DNA from: Rhynchobatus australiae
Lineage: Eukaryota
NCBI GenBank assembly: GCA_034780895.1
Contig: JAUZTB010000011.1
Span: forward strand, 36,248,245-36,312,244
DNA length: 64,000 nt
Direction of reading: 5' to 3'
Shown here: positions 50,641-64,000 of the stretch, in pieces
Layout: each line of letters opens with the position of its first letter
Position numbering within the stretch: position 1 is the stretch's first letter
Made by a program: the position numbers and the translations under genes
The notes under the pieces: model-generated
Told to the model about the DNA's origin: nothing
The model's input: only the letters and a program-made list of their open reading frames with translations
Databases searched by the model: none

Positions 50641-52344
50641 GAGGAAGAAAATGTATTCATAAGAAAACCTTGAAAGACAGCTTAGAAAGAAAGGTCAGAG
50701 GTGTCCAAGATGATGAAATGATTGCAGCAAAAGTCATACCAAGCCATATTGAAGAAATATATGATGACTCTTATTCCAGAACTGGATGGAGAACCAACTT
50801 TTGAAAAGGAGACCTGAATCAACAGAGAACTGAGTCAAGATGGCAGAGTTCATCAGATCAAGAAATAATTACACAAGAGACTCAAGCACAGTTAAGAAGG
50901 TTTAAGACAGTCAATTAACAGACTGAACCCGTAATTGCTTTCCAAAAATGGTTAGTAATGTGTCACATGTGCAAATAAAATTATATTTTCCTACAGAGGA
51001 GAGAAGCACTGATTAGTTGTTGTTAGCCTACTATAAAGTGTCCATTCATATTTTGAAGATTACAAACCACCTTTAACATATTTTATAATTGTACTACAAT
51101 CACTAAAGATACTTCAATTAATACAATGCCTTTAGTCTAAAACAATTATTTTTTAAGTGCTTTGAAGATATATTGAGAGGTTTTCCTTGATCATAAACAT
51201 TAGTATTTACAGACTCTCAAGTTTCCAGTCATTGCAAACTTTCATTAAAGTGGCCACAAAAACCACTCTGCTGGATGTTTGCATTGACAGGGTATTTACA
51301 AAATGAAGTATTGTGCCAATAGTGAAAACTTGTGTTTGCTGACTACAAACATTGCAATACAAATATGCAAACATATGCAAAATGAACTGACTTGAACTGA
51401 TGCTGCAATATTTGTAAAACTTTTCTAATTCCCAAATGTTTACAGAGAACTGAATTACATGAACTTCAGCTTCCTGCTACTGATATTAAAACAGTAGAAC
51501 AATTTTGATATGGTTCACATTTTTGACTGGTGGAGGTGGAGGGGGTTTTGTCATGTCAAAAGCCCCCAAATTATCTCATGTGTCCATGGAGGTTCTACTT
51601 GTTAGGATGTGGACAAGTTGGTCACCAGTTCCTGAGAAAATGAAGATAACAGTCCAATAAAAATGTAGAACGTGGAACTTTCNNNNNNNNNNNNNNNNNN
51701 NNNNNNNNNNNNNNNNNNNNNNNNNNNNNNNNNNNNNNNNNNNNNNNNNNNNNNNNNNNNNNNNNNNNNNNNNNNNNNNNNNNNNNNNNNNNNNNNNNNN
51801 NNNNNNNNNNNNNNNNNNNNNNNNNNNNNNNNNNNNNNNNNNNNNNNNNNNNNNNNNNNNNNNNNNNNNNNNNNNNNNNNNNNNNNNNNNNNNNNNNNNN
51901 NNNNNNNNGTGTATGCCTTCTTTTCATTTTTCCAGTCATGTTCAAGGAGAATGCTGACTGGTTCACTCCTATCTGGGAGCAAGTGGCTTGAGCCAGCATC
52001 TCAAAATCAGCAATAATTTATTCAGCACTTGCCACATCACCCCCTGTAGATTTTTTCAACTTGTAGATGGGTGGTTGTTCATATTGATTAATATATGTTA
52101 GTGGTGAGGGAGGGCATTGTCTGGAATTAGGTCATTAAAAGGATTTCATACATTGACATTAAGTAAGGTTTTTATGCTGAGTGACACCCGGGTGTGGAGC
52201 TAATGCCTTCATCAACATGGCTTTCAGTATAATTCATGCACCCAGACTGAATGCCCTTTGACCCTGTTCTGACACCCATAATGCCCCAAGCACTGGAAAA
52301 TAATAATCCTAAATGCATGAGAAGTACTTTTCAGGTTTAGACAA

Positions 52345-53850
52345 CAGATCATAATAAATAGGAACAGGACTCAACCATCTGACCTTTCAAGCCTATTACA
52401 GTATTTAATAAAATCATAGCTGTTCCAACTTTCCTCGTACACATTCCCACCAAATGCCCATATTCCTTGATTTCCTTACTACTTAAATATCAATCTACCT
52501 TAGCTTTGAATTGATTAAAGGAGTTAGCCTCCACAGCTCTCTGAGACAAAGGATTCCAAAGACTCAGGACCACTGAATGAACAAAATTTTCTTCATCTCA
52601 GTCTTAAATGTGTACCTCCTTATTCTGAGAACATGGCATCTGGTCCTAGAGTCTCTCACAAGGTGAAATGTCCTCCCAGAATTTATCCTCTCCAGCATAA
52701 TCTGCAACTTCATGGTCCAGCACTTCACTCATTCTGATGTCACCATCTTACCAAGTAAACCAGCAGGTTTTTTTTGTTCCAGGTTCCAGCATCTGCAGTT
52801 TCTTGTTCAATCTTATACAATTCCTGCCTGTTGCACCAACTCCACTTTGAATTTTTCGTCCTCATCAGGATATATTTTTATTCAGAGTAATGAATTAACT
52901 CCTTAAACATCTGCCATTGTAGATCTATTATCTTATCTGCTAATCCGTCTCATCTGCTCATCTATTTTGCCAGTCCACTTCAGACACTCGATTTTCATTT
53001 CTTTATAATTCTCCTTACTTAAGTTTAACACAGTTGTTTCAGATTCAGTCTTCTCACTTTCAAGTTGAATGCTAAATTCTGTTGTCTTCAGATCACTACT
53101 TCCAAAGGGATCTTTTATTCTGAGATCATTTATTAAACTGGTTCTTTTGCTAGATCCAAAATAGCCTGTTCCCTGATTAGCTCGACAATGTATTACTTTA
53201 GGAAACTATCCCAAACTCCAGTATTTCTATAACATCATAGTTGAGACTACCATTTCCAATTTACTTTACCCAAACTACATGAAGATTAAAGACACCCCTG
53301 ATGAGTGCACTATTCTTTGCACAGCATTATTATCTTTTGGTCTATGTTCTTTCTTACGATTTCGTGGCTTATGCGTTACTCTTCTTCTTTCTTTTGCTAT
53401 TTTTACATCCACCCAAATGGACTCCACATCTTCTCAGGCTCGGTCATTTCTCACAATCGTGCTTATTTCATCCATAACTAACAAAGCTACCTACCACCTT
53501 TTCCCTCCCACCTGTCCTTCCTAAAAATCAAATATCCCTGAATATTGAATTTCCACCTTTGATCTCCATAATGGTTATCAGATCATACCTGTTTATCCCT
53601 ATTTGTGCTTCTGTTTCATTGCTTCAGATACAATGAGTGTTTCAATGTAGGGCTCTGTCAATTTACTGCCTTTCCTTACATTAATCTCTTCAGCCCCCGA
53701 CGTCTGTGTCGAGCATGATGCCAAATTAAACTAATCCCTTCTGCCTGCACGTGATCCATTTCCCTTCATTCCCTGCATAATCATGTGCCTTTCTAAAAGC
53801 CTCCTGAATGCCACTATCGTATCTGCTTCCACCAACACCCCCAGCAGTGC
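52345..53850 (-). mobile_element. Several CR1 fragments (3' ends and endonuclease region)
   Basis: CR1 tail motifs at about 52345-52700 and 53690-53850; endonuclease-like antisense at 52850-53620. Confidence 0.65.
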
Positions 53851-55199
53851 GTTGTGTCTAATCTGTCTCTATTTGCCTCTTGCCCTGCCTTCCTTTTTTG
53901 CTTTCTATTTTACTGTCTTTCATTTCTATCCTTGTCCTCACTGTTTAGATATTCTGTGGGTTCACGATACTATGAGACACATACTCAGAATTTCATTTTC
54001 TAAGATGATGGACACAGTAAAGAACTCACGAGAAGTGAATACAACTTGTTTGCACCTGTAGACCAGCTGTTCTTAGTTTCTGCTGATATCTTGCTGAATA
54101 ATGATCATAGGAAATGTTGTCCACTTTCAACAACAGATACAATAACTGGGGAAGAAACCTCAACATCAGTTCTCTCAGCATGTTTAAAGAAGGAGCTCTG
54201 GAGTTTCAAGGAAAACATATAGGAAACATAGTGGGAGATAAGAAAGTTGAGTGTGAGCTGTCAGATGCATGAAGATCCTGCATTTATGCTATTGTCTCCC
54301 TTCAGTTGGTTTACTACTTCAAAATCTGACATTAACACATGAGTAAATGTCAAGGCTGGCTTTATAGTTCAGACACAGAGAATATTAATTACCTCATGCA
54401 GACACAGGAAACAGAAGTCAAAGTATACCATGTGAATGCTTGAGCTTTCTCAGTCATTCAATAAAACCAAGGCCAATCTGACCTTTGGTCTCAACTCCAC
54501 ATTCCTGCCTGATTGCCAGAACCCTGGATTCCCAAATAAAATTCTTTGTCATCTTTCTGGACACTTAACGTAACAAGAAGAAATAACTTTGCTTCTCAGT
54601 TTCAACAGAATCCTGTTCCTCCTCACCAATACCAACCTGACATTTGTGTGTCTGCCCAGACATTCCAGATCTCAAAGATTTGGCAGACTAAGGATGTACA
54701 AGAGGTAAATTTAATTTGTGTGTGTCTATTTTGTGGACATAAAACAGATTGAAAGGTAACCAAAGTAGTCTGATTTACGCAGACATATGGCTCATGGCTA
54801 ACTTGGTTGGTGCAAAATTGGACCATGCTGTGCATAGATTTTCACAAGATCACAAGACAAAGGAGCAGAAGTAGGCCATTCGACCCATCGAGTCTGCTCC
54901 ATGAGCTAAACTAACACTATTCCTATCTAGCCCCAATTTCCGGCCTTATCCCCATATTGGGCCCAAATGTTGGATAAAAAGCATCAGTTTGCACAACGAC
55001 ATTCAGAATCTGATGTATGTCTAACATTGTATTGTCCCCAGTTTCATAAAGATCTTCCTGGTGTCAGCTGGTAACAAGCATTAAGCTTCCTGTGCATGTT
55101 AATGAGTGGCCCTGTAACTCTACACTGAAGTTTTGCATGTGCCACCAGTGAAAGAGTATCTTTTTTGATTTCAACACCTCAGTCGGGAATTAAACAGGC

Positions 55200-55680
55200 C
55201 TGGCCCCACAGTGATCAACAGGCTGTTGCAGCCCATGCTTGCATCTGACTGTCTCAGAACTTAGACAGGCTGGTGGAAGCACAGTTACCATGAAGTGGAG
55301 GGGGGGGGTGAGGCAGGCTCTGCCCTGGCAGTGTGTCGTCAGGGTGGTCTCTGTAAAGTGTAATACAATGTGAGTGAGTACTGTGAAGTTATGCACTCTG
55401 GGGGAGCCTGCAATGTAGGTACTGTGCTCATTGTGCCTGCTCATGTGAGCAGCAGAAAATAGTAAATGACATCTTCCTCTCCTTGACATTGGACCATGGG
55501 TAACCTCAATGACGAGTGAGCAGCAAACTGTGAGATGTGGCAGCAGCTTGGAATAACCCTGAGGATAGGAATCTGATCATCACCTTGACCTCCACACGCA
55601 AAGCGGTCAAGCACGTTTGACTCAGAACTTGAGGGCACAGATCTCAGTGAAGATTGACTTGGTGTGCTTCTCAAAATAGT
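55200..55680 (-). mobile_element. Second PIF/Harbinger transposase remnant
   Basis: Minus strand ALRVEVKVMIRFLSSGLFQAAA, HISQFAAH and IAGSPRVHN...THIVL match ALPVxVKVxxALxFFASGSFQ...ISQ...IAGFPRVQGAIDCTHI. Confidence 0.75.
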
Positions 55681-57004
55681 CTAGTTATGAGCATGGATTT
55701 CTTTAAATCAAGGGCAGATACAGAGATACAGGTGATGCCCTTATACCCATCCTCCCACAAGGTCCCTACAGCTGCTTGTGATAGTGCCAATGCCCAAGGT
55801 CCACCTCGATGCCTTCCAGTTAGAAAGTATTAGACACAGATAAATCTACTTCGGAAGTCAACTTGGAGTGCAGAAAAGTTTTGGAGTTGCAAGGAATGCT
55901 TCGTCTTAATTGTGAGCTATGTGTTGAATAAGTAGTGAGGCTGCAGAGTTTTGTGGAGCAGCCTGGTAAAAAAAAATGCACTGAGTGTTGGCCCTTTAAA
56001 ATGCATGGTTTCAGGGGAGATTTAGTTAATAAAAGCTACTTATTCTGAGATTAAACATGAGCTGTCATTTTCCAGATCAGCGAGGTTGGAAATAACAAAT
56101 GCTGGACACTGCACTACCACTGACACTATTTGGAGGACTTCTGTCCACCAGAAATGTTTATTGTGCTAATTAAAACTCTGCTGGAGAGTCAAGAGTAGGA
56201 GTTCCTAATGGACACTAAGAGGACAAGAAATGGGTGCAACTTTGCAATACCGCTTTCTCAGCATTGTGAGAAGGAATTTTTGTTGCATGACACTACATCA
56301 GGTTAAATTGAACAGAGTTTGTATAAATGTAGCAGATCAAAATTGGAATCAATAAAACACTGTGGGCATCAGTAAAAGGTGAATTTTATTCCACCATAAT
56401 CTGCTGCTTTATGATCCAGTATTTCACTCATTCTGATGTCACAATTTTACCAAAAACAAGCCCAATTTAGGCTCAATAAGAAGGATAAAAAGCAGGCCAA
56501 GTAGCAGCACTGAGAATCAGTTTACAACATGGTGAAGCTGCAATATAGATCTTCACATATGCAAACCCACAAGCATCAGGTCAGACGAGAGCTTTTTGCA
56601 CTCCTTCAACTTCCAGTCATGAATAATGGTACGCATTAAAATGGAGGAGGATGCTCCAAGAACAGTGACAGACCCCAGTTCATGAACACATAAGACATGG
56701 CTTGATGCACTGGCCTTCATCTTCGGCTGCGGATGATTCATCCCAGACTCTTTTTGAGGGCCTGACCATCACAGAAGCCAGTCAATAGTCAATTCACTCT
56801 ACATAATATATAAAAACACAACTTCTAAAGCATTGAATATAGTAAAGCAATGGGACCATACAGCATTACTTATAGGACTGAAGACTTGCCCTTCTGAAAT
56901 ACCTGTACCCAAGTTCTTACAGTGTACCTACGATACTGTCTTCAATCTAACAATGTGCAAAATTGCCCAGGTACATCTCATCTGTAAGAAATGGGTCAAA
57001 TCTA

Positions 57005-57138
57005 AAAGAAACAAAGGACTGCAGATGCTGGAATCTTAGATGAAAAACACGATGATGCTGGAGGAACTCAGCAGGCCAGGCAGCATCCGTGGAGAAAAGC
57101 AGGCGGTCAACATTTCGGGTCAGGACCCTTCTTCAGGC
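57005..57138. repeat. Dispersed short repeat (gatgctgga...tgctggaggaactcagcagg.caggcagcatc...), probably a Penelope-associated terminal repeat
   Basis: Related copies at about 4115-4200, 14455-14565, 22490-22600, 22670-22790 (reverse), 25575-25670 and 57985-58100. Confidence 0.65.
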
Positions 57139-57479
57139 CCATAGGTCAAATCTAATTTTGCTAATTATTCACCATTAACCTACCCCGAATTGTCAGCAAA
57201 CTGATGGAAGATGATGAAGATTATCAAGCAACATTTACCCCTCAGTAACCTGTGCACCGATGCTCAGATTTGGTTCAGCTAAGGTCACAAAACTTATTTC
57301 AATCTTGCTCCAAACACAGACAAGATAATTGAATTCCAGAGATGAGTGAAAATGACTGCTTTAGCATAAAAGCAGCATTTGACCAATTATGACATCAAAG
57401 AGCCAAAGTAAAATTGAACCAATGGGAATCAAGAAGACAATTCTCCACTGGCTAAAGTCAATACTTATCATGAATACAT

Positions 57480-59830
57480 CCCCAGGTAGCAGTGATTCTA
57501 ATATGATTGAATGTTATGTTCAGAGTGATGGATAGAAGACCGCTACTTTAAACTTATTTGAGTGCAACTATGAACATACAAAGTCAGAACTACCTAAAGT
57601 GAACTGGAAAATTAGGTCAATGGGATAAAGTAATTGAGATGCAGTGGTGTTTAAGGAGATTTTTCAGAATACACAGAATAGATACATTCCAATCGGAGGG
57701 GAAAATTCCAAGAGAAGGACCTACCATACATGACTAACTAAAGAAGTTAAAGATGGGGTATTAATCAAAAAAACCCATAACTATGAAAAGACAGGTGGCA
57801 GGTAGGAAGAACGGGCAGAATATAAATAACAGCAATGAATAAGTTTAAAAGGCAGGAAAAATTAAAATAAGAGATGAAGCTGGACAGAAATATAAAAGTT
57901 TCAATAGATGTTTAACAAAGACATTTTGAAGGGATAGATAAATTAACCAGGTATTTTGCTTCAGGAAATGAAACTAAAAAAAAAACTGCAAATGCTGGAA
58001 GTCTGAAATAAAAACAGAAAATGCTGAAGGTCAGACAGCTTCTGGGGAAAGAGAAATAAAATTAATGTTTCAATGTGAAGACCCCACATCAGATGTGGAA
58101 AAAAAATACAAGTCAGATTTAAGTTGCAGACAGGGTTGGGGAGGGCTGGATAAGAAAAAGGGAATGGGTTGCCCATTTCAGACAGAGATGAGATGAATGT
58201 TTTTTCAAAGGTTCATGAGTCTTTGGAACTCTCTTCCTCAAATGGTGGTGAAAGCAGGGTCTTCAAATATTTTTAAGGCTGAAGTAGATAGATCTGTGAA
58301 TGTGGTGAAAGATTACCATGGCAAGCAGGAATGTTGAGTTGAGGTTACAAACAGATCAAGCATGATCTTACAAACTGGCAGAGCAGGCATAAGGGACCTT
58401 GTTGCCTACTCCCATTCCTAATGCATATGTGCATATGTTCATATTGTACAACAAGTATGGGGGAAGATGTCTGTTGCTGCTGGAGATTGATTATCTCAGC
58501 CCCAGGATATTGCTGAGGGAATTCTTCAGAGCAATACTCCAAGCCTAACATTTTAGCTCATTAGTATCTTCCCCTCTATTATGAGACCAGAAGTGGGGAT
58601 GTTCATAAATGATTGTACAGAACTCTATTTGCAACTCCTCAATAAACAAAACAGTCTGTGTTTGGATGGTGCAGAACCTGGACAACATTCAGGCATTGGT
58701 CGATATGCTACGGATATCATTCATGCTACACAAGTGCCAGACGATGATCATCCTCCATAAAGGAGAGTGTAACCACCTACCCATCAAATTTACTGCATCA
58801 GGCTTACCAAGTACTCAGTATAGTGTATCAGATGTTGGATTTTCTGTAGCAAATAACTCACCTCTTGACTCCTATAGCCAGTCAGGAGTTTGATGGCATA
58901 CTCTCCATTTCCCTGAACGCATCTCACTCTAGTAGCACTCAAGAAGCTTGATACCATTCAGAGCAAAGCAACATATCCTTGTGGGATACAGTTCAGCACC
59001 TTAAATATGCACTCCCACCACTAGCAGTGCACTATTTCTGCAGGATTGATAATTTACAAAATGTACTGCAGCAACATTCCAATTCAATTGACAATATCTC
59101 TAAACCTCTTCACCTCCACTTGCTGGAAGTAAAAGAGAGCGGAAGCATGGAGCTACCATCATCAGATGTTTCCCTTGAGGTTAAACATTGTCTTGACTAG
59201 GAAAAATATTACAATTCCTTCATTGTTGCTGGATGTCAACATTGGAACTTCCTATCCNNNNNNNNNNNNNNNNNNNNNNNNNNNNNNNNNNNGCAGTGAT
59301 TAAAGATAATAGCTTAGCTCTAGCATTTATAAATATTCTTGAAAATATAAAATGTCTATATGGAAGAAGACACAGAAAACCACGTGGAAATAATAGGAGA
59401 TAACAGGGAACTGCAAGTCTGGGGTAAACGAGGAGCTCAAATAAATTAGCATGAATTAAAAACAAAACTAGTATTGGAAAAATTAATGGGGCTGAAAGGT
59501 GACAAGTTTCCAGAACCTGATGTTCTGAATCCCAGGGTTTTGTAGGGGGTGGTCAAGGAGACGAATGGGGCTCTGACTGTCATCTTTCAAAATTCTGGAA
59601 CAGTTCCTTAGATTAGGAGGTAGCAAATGTAACGCCACTATTTAAGAAAGGAGTGGGAGAGAAAACAAGGAACTATAGATGAGTTAATCTGACATCAATG
59701 GCAGAGAAAATGCTGGAATTGTTAGCAGGACACTTGAAAAATAATAATAGGATTATCCAAAGTTAACATGGATTTATGAGAGGGAAATCATGTTGGGTAA
59801 ATCTATTAAGAGTTTTCTGAGGTTGTAACT
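57480..59830 (+). mobile_element. Mosaic of CR1 and older LINE fragments
   Basis: CR1 3' end at 58180-58420; old LINE RT at 58460-59257; CR1 RT start at 59290-59830 (ANVTPLFKKG...NYRxVNLTS, HGFMRGKSCWVNL). Confidence 0.7.
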
Positions 59831-62419
59831 TCCTGTAGTCGATCACTGTTTGTGACTCTAGTTGCTAATAAAGCACTGTGTCATTGAGTAGTGGTATTGT
59901 CTTCAGTCTGGAGAGAATTAACTGAGCTCCCAAATGTCTATGAGATTTGAGGTCTGTTCATGGTATCTAAGGTCCTCTGTGACTGGGATGCCTTAATCAT
60001 TTCCAGATGATCATTTTCTCTGAATTTGTTCTGGGTGGGTACCTGGGGTTCAATGTGTGACATTATGGGAGCGGAGTCCNNNNNNNNNNNNNNNNNNNNN
60101 NNNNNNNNNNNNNNNNNNNNNNNNNNNNNNNNNNNNNNNNNNNNNNNNNNNNNNNNNNNNNNNNNNNNNNNNNNNNNNNTCCAGCTCATTCACTAGTTCT
60201 GCCCGAAAGCAACATTCACTGGCTACACGCTCAAGATTTCAGTCATCGGGGGCTTCTGATGGAACAAATTGCAGCACCGATTGTTTCACCCATAATTTTG
60301 ATTAAACAAGCACTTCTCCCTGAGTAATCTGCAGCTGAGTATTAGTGAAAATTTTATTTTAGGGAGGCATTTTTCTTCAGCTCTGTCTACAATACTTACC
60401 GGTAAAGATTTAGAAACCAATATTTTCATTTTATTTAGAAATGAGACAGAACAATAAGGTGACTAAGCAGTCAGCACATTTTCTAGTTTCTCTCAGTCAA
60501 AGCAAAGTACGGTCTGTTGATGCACTCTTCCACTTAACTGTCAGCACTGGACTCTGATATATTGAAGCATTCTCTTCTAAAGCTCCAGTGGATTTCTCAT
60601 TTCATTTCTTTTCACTCCTAAACTTCTCATGTTACTCTATTACCAGCACTGGTTTCTCTGTCTGACAGCTGCTCTCTGCCCATTATTCTTTCCTCACCAG
60701 AATTTTGTGCATTAAGTTCAGTCTTTGCTTCTAACTTAAATGTGCCCAACAAAGGTTCCATTCTCTTCCCTTCCTCAGCAGTATCCATTATTTTTTCTGA
60801 AGTTTTTTCCCCATTATTTTTCCTGACTCTAATATCTATTTAAGCTTCGTGCCTGTTTTAATTTCATGTTCATTTTCTATTTTTTCATTCCCTGTTCCAA
60901 ATACTGTTATAAATCTGACTGCAGACCTATTCATTATTTTGGTTAGAAAACTTTCCAAAAATTCCTTTCAGTGTTCCAGTATTTTAATATTCCATGAAGA
61001 TGTTCTGCTGTAAATGTTTTCAAAGCTCCCATTAAGTGTTAATGTTACATCTCTCCCTGTTTCTGCCTAAGCTTTAAGAAAGCTCTGCATGTGATCTGTT
61101 TCTTTTTGGTGTGGTTGCCAATTTCCCCTAATGACAGTATTGGCTCCTATTCAAATTTTGGTCTATTAGAGCTCAAATAATAAGTGGGCTATTCAATCTT
61201 GGAAGTAACACTGAACTCGTCAAGCTCCCTGGACAGGATTCAGGAGTTAAATTTCTGTCAGATTAATATTGTTCTTGAAGCAGGTGATGTCAATTGCAAC
61301 ATTCAAATTGTCACTCTGTTCTTCTGAGCACATACCAAGAAATAAACTGTGGACAATCTGCTCTGTGGTTCAGTTCCATGATTTATTTACTGATTGCACC
61401 TTTAATCTAAATCAACAGCCATATTTGACCTAGTTTTGTTAAACTCAATGATTTCATCTGTTAATTGTCTTGAGTACTCTTGGTTTTTGGTTTAGACACT
61501 GGTACAACTTCAAATCTCAGCTCTAGGTCACCTACCCTAAAACATCAAACCCTTTTCTCATATCTAGGCAGAGCAATGCTAAAGGTATCAGTTCAGTTAT
61601 CAGGGCTATCTATGTTCAAGGCTTGAACATGCTTTTGCATTATGAACTTATAAAACCATCAGTTGTATCCTTTATTTTCAAATTGGATACTCCCAGATGG
61701 TTTCGTTCCTTTCCATCTCAGAGCAATATCAGACATATTTTTTCTTCTGTCTGTCTGTGTATCTCTCCCAGCGTGGGATCCCCTTTGATGAGTGTGTAAT
61801 ACTTTAGACAGCTTCCTAGCATTTAAAAAAAAAGCTTCACAAGCCTCATCATTGTGAAACTAGCATGAAAGAATCTGACAGCAGTAAAATTAATAAAAAG
61901 GAAAAGAAAACATAAATATATCAGCAAGTTATGATTAGGTGATTCCAAACATGGTTTGTAAAAGCCTCAGATTAGAGAAATACAGAAAGATCATGGCTGT
62001 ACCGAGAAGTAATAGGAGAGAAATGTATTGTGATTTTTTTGGGGGGAATCAAATGATCAGTATGCTCTCAGAGCATCTTATTAGAAACATTACAGATCTG
62101 ACCTGAAGTCTATGGTAATTTACATAAATTACTAGGTCTCTGGAAATGGCTGGATTTACCTTGCCATCTCTTCTGCACAAGGCAGAAAACAGCCCTTGAG
62201 GCTATTGTGCTACCTCCTTTTAAACAGACACCACAGCAGCCAACCTTGTTACATGCTGTGTACTGAAATATGTGGGAAGCAGGAGGACAGTCAATCTCCC
62301 CTTGATAATCTCAAGGAATTGGTAGAACAAAAAATAATCTTAGGTGTTTTTTGTTTAATATTCATGCATTTATCCTTTGCCTTTATTATGCTTTAAGTTA
62401 CACAGTTAGATAAGAACAT

Positions 62420-63055
62420 TAAACATTTGAAATAGAAGCAGGAATAGGCCATTCATCTGCAAGAGTCTGCTCCACCAATTGATAAGATAATGGCTGATCT
62501 CCTAGCTCAGGACCACTTTCCTGCACCAGCCACATATCCCTTGATTCCCTTAAGACCTATCTTGAATATACTAAATGACTGAACTTCCATAGCTGTCCCC
62601 GGTGGAAAATCTCCAAATTTTGCTCTTCAATGGATGAAGAAACTTCTTCTCATCTCTGTCCTGAATGGCTGACAACTTACTTTGAAACTGCTGATTTTAT
62701 AAATCCCAGCAGGGAAGCATCAACTCTACACCAACCCTCTCAAGTTCCTTAAGAATTCAAGAGAACATTTCTCAGCCATTTAAAATAGAAAGAGTATGGG
62801 CCTTTTTAACAATGTCATCTTATATGACAAATCTGCTTTCTCTGGAGTCAATCTGGTGAATCTTTACTGTACTCTTCTATTGCGAGTATTGGTATTGGTT
62901 TATTATTGTCACATGTACCAAGATACAGTGAAAACCTTAGTTTTGCAAGCCATCCATACAAATCATTTCAAAACATAAGTACATTGAGGTAGTACAAGGG
63001 TAAAGCAGTAACAGAATGCAGAATATAGTGCTACAGCTACAGAGAAAGTGCAGTG
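62420..63055 (-). mobile_element. CR1 3' end (62420-62880) followed by a Rex/Babar tail (62889-63055)
   Basis: CR1 tail motifs; ttggtttattattgtcacatgtacc matches 33482-33510. Confidence 0.75.
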
Positions 63056-64000
63056 NNNNNNNNNNNNNNNNNNNNNNNNNNNNNNNNNNNNNNNNNNNNN
63101 NNNNNNNNNNNNNNNNNNNNNNNNNNNNNNNNNNNNNNNNNNNNNNNNNNNNNNNNNNNNNNNNNNNNNNNNNNNNNNNNNNNNNNNNNNNNNNNNNNNN
63201 NNNNNNNNNNNNNNNNNNNNNNNNNNNNNNNNNNNNNNNNNNNNNNNNNNNNNNNNNNNNNNNNNNNNNNNNNNNNNNNNNNNNNNNNNNNNNNNNNNNN
63301 NNNNNNNNNNNNNNNNNNNNNNNNNNNNNNNNNNNNNNNNNNNNNNNNNNNNNNNNNNNNNNNNNNNNNNNNNNNNNNNNNNNNNNNNNNNNNNNNNNNN
63401 NNNNNNNNNNNNNNNNNNNNNNNNNNNNNNNNNNNNNNNNNNNNNNNNNNNNNNNNNNNNNNNNNNNNNNNNNNNNNNNNNNNNNNNNNNNNNNNNNNNN
63501 NNNNNAAGGATGCCCTGGATGAAGTTAGGATGATGCCAAATGGACCATGGCTTGATACACATATTCATGTTATATCTAACTTCTTGTGGTGGGATGGCAC
63601 CTACCCATTGAAGCCATTGACTTCTGTGAACCCTTCTAACAGCCTGCAACCAGTGACTACCACGGCGAGTATTCTGTCCCAGCTCTCTCCCACATAGTGA
63701 CAATATCAATTTCACCCACATCTCCCTACTGATGTCATTTGATCGAAATTAATGTGAAGATTCCCAAGCATCAGCTGATGCTGACTGAAGCATTATGAAG
63801 ATGAGACAGCACATCCCCTCCCAAGTGAATGTACAGTTGTGGTGTGTTCACTCCACAGATGTCAAACCAGCCACAAATATCAGGGGTACAGACAGGGAGA
63901 GAGGTCCTGCTTGGTTAGGGACTAAGGAAACCCTGTGGAGCTGAAGTGAACGGCTAATGAGACGAGATGACCCAAGATGTCAATGGCTGCAGAGCTGGGG

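Noticed and set aside
60420-61700. Strand-biased (purine-rich on minus) segment, possible exon or retroelement gag
   Set aside because: Many stops and no recognisable motif.
1-64000. CRISPR arrays, operons, rRNA or other prokaryotic systems
   Set aside because: The sequence is vertebrate-like intron/exon DNA, with no regularly spaced repeats or dense ORFs.

Overview
Eukaryotic, repeat-rich genomic DNA, very probably from a cartilaginous fish. This is inferred from the repeat types (CR1/L2/Rex-Babar LINEs, V-SINEs, Penelope, Harbinger) and is not proven. The only host coding sequence I can support is five minus-strand exons (47687-47605, 42246-42158, 32852-32680, 31489-31250, 26069-25969). 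They have canonical AG/GT ends and compatible phases, and splice into an open 686-nt frame (228 codons + 2 nt) covering most of a kexin/furin-type (S8B) proprotein-convertase catalytic domain: His motif HGTKCAGE, oxyanion ASGNGG, Ser motif GTSSAAP. The intron positions are those of the furin/PCSK1 group. The protein, however, departs from all seven mammalian kexin-like convertases at normally near-invariant motifs ([22 protein letters not shown], +2 and +9 aa indels), so it looks like an additional convertase paralogue with a remodelled substrate cleft. I could not find the catalytic-Asp exon or the P-domain exons; they lie outside the window or in N gaps. The rest is intron filled with mostly decayed transposable elements, several nested, plus one young CpG-rich LTR with YY1/E-box/CRE/TATA-like motifs antisense to the gene. 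Repeat boundaries are approximate and were read by eye.
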